Part shown: positions 63,463 through 64,000 of the stretch, in pieces
Layout of the letters: each line of letters opens with the position of its first letter
Numbering within the stretch: position 1 is the stretch's first letter
Assembly (NCBI RefSeq): GCF_006345805.1
Contig: NC_043025.1
Location: 5,394,001 to 5,458,000 of the forward strand
Source: Octopus sinensis
Lineage: Eukaryota
Direction: 5' to 3'
Length of the DNA: 64,000 nt
Notes under the pieces: model-generated
Seen by the model: only the letters and a program-made list of their open reading frames with translations
What the model was told of the DNA's origin: nothing
Databases searched by the model: none
Made by a program: the position numbers and the translations under genes

Positions 63463-64000
63463 CCCTTTCGTTACCAAACCGGCTCTGGCTCTCAGTACAA
63501 ATGTCTTGTTTTCATAAGTTTTGAATTAAAATCTTCCACCAAACCTTAGTCACAATTTATGTTCCTAACACTAGCTGAATGATAACCAAGTTATTTTACT
63601 AAATTCTTTGTTATATTTAAAATTAATTGAAAAAAACACAGAGCATCTCAACAGAAATATGGTAACAAAAGGGTTAAAGTCACCATGATATTTTTAACCC
63701 TTTTGATACCAACCTGGCTGAAACCACCTCTGGCTCTGAGTACAAATGTCTTGTTTTCATAAGTTTTGAATTAAAATCTTCCACCAAACCTTAGTCACAA
63801 TTTATGTTCCTAACACTAGCTGAATGATAACCAAGTTATTTTACTAAATTCTTTTATATTTAAAATTAATTGAAAAAAAAACAGAGCATCTCAACAGAAA
63901 TATGGTAACAAAAGGGTTAAAGTCACCATGATATTTTTAACCCTTTTGATACCAACCTGGCTGAAACCACCTCTGGCTCTGAGTACAAATGTCTTGTTTT
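63463..64000 (+). mobile_element. Tandem piggyBac-like MITEs (243-bp period), running off the window
   Basis: TTAA-CCCTTT..TACC...GGTAACAAAAGGG-TTAA; starts at 63463, 63698, 63941. Confidence 0.8.

Overview
Repeat-saturated eukaryotic genomic DNA, most likely a coleoid cephalopod (Octopus-like). The species call is inferred from the SINE, LINE and microsatellite landscape, not from a search. No protein-coding gene can be confidently identified. Nearly all long ORFs come from simple repeats or SINEs, and a chain of minus-strand exon candidates is only tentative. The window holds more than 20 copies of one tRNA-headed SINE (SINE-A), tandem arrays of a second (SINE-B), modular SINE-C/D copies, RTE- and CR1-type LINE 3' fragments, non-autonomous Helitrons, TTAA (piggyBac-like) and other MITEs, long micro/minisatellites, and one 100-N gap. 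The strongest unexpected signal is a set of minimal type I hammerhead ribozyme (HHR) motifs of the Penelope-like-element (PLE) kind from several unrelated families. Three have intact cores (29.9, 41.6, 49.5 kb). One family is a chimeric element: tRNA-like Pol III head, then a microsatellite, then an HHR-bearing body. It occurs twice as head-to-head inverted pairs, consistent with a PLE-mobilised, self-cleaving SINE. All coordinates and folds were read by eye; repeat boundaries are approximate.
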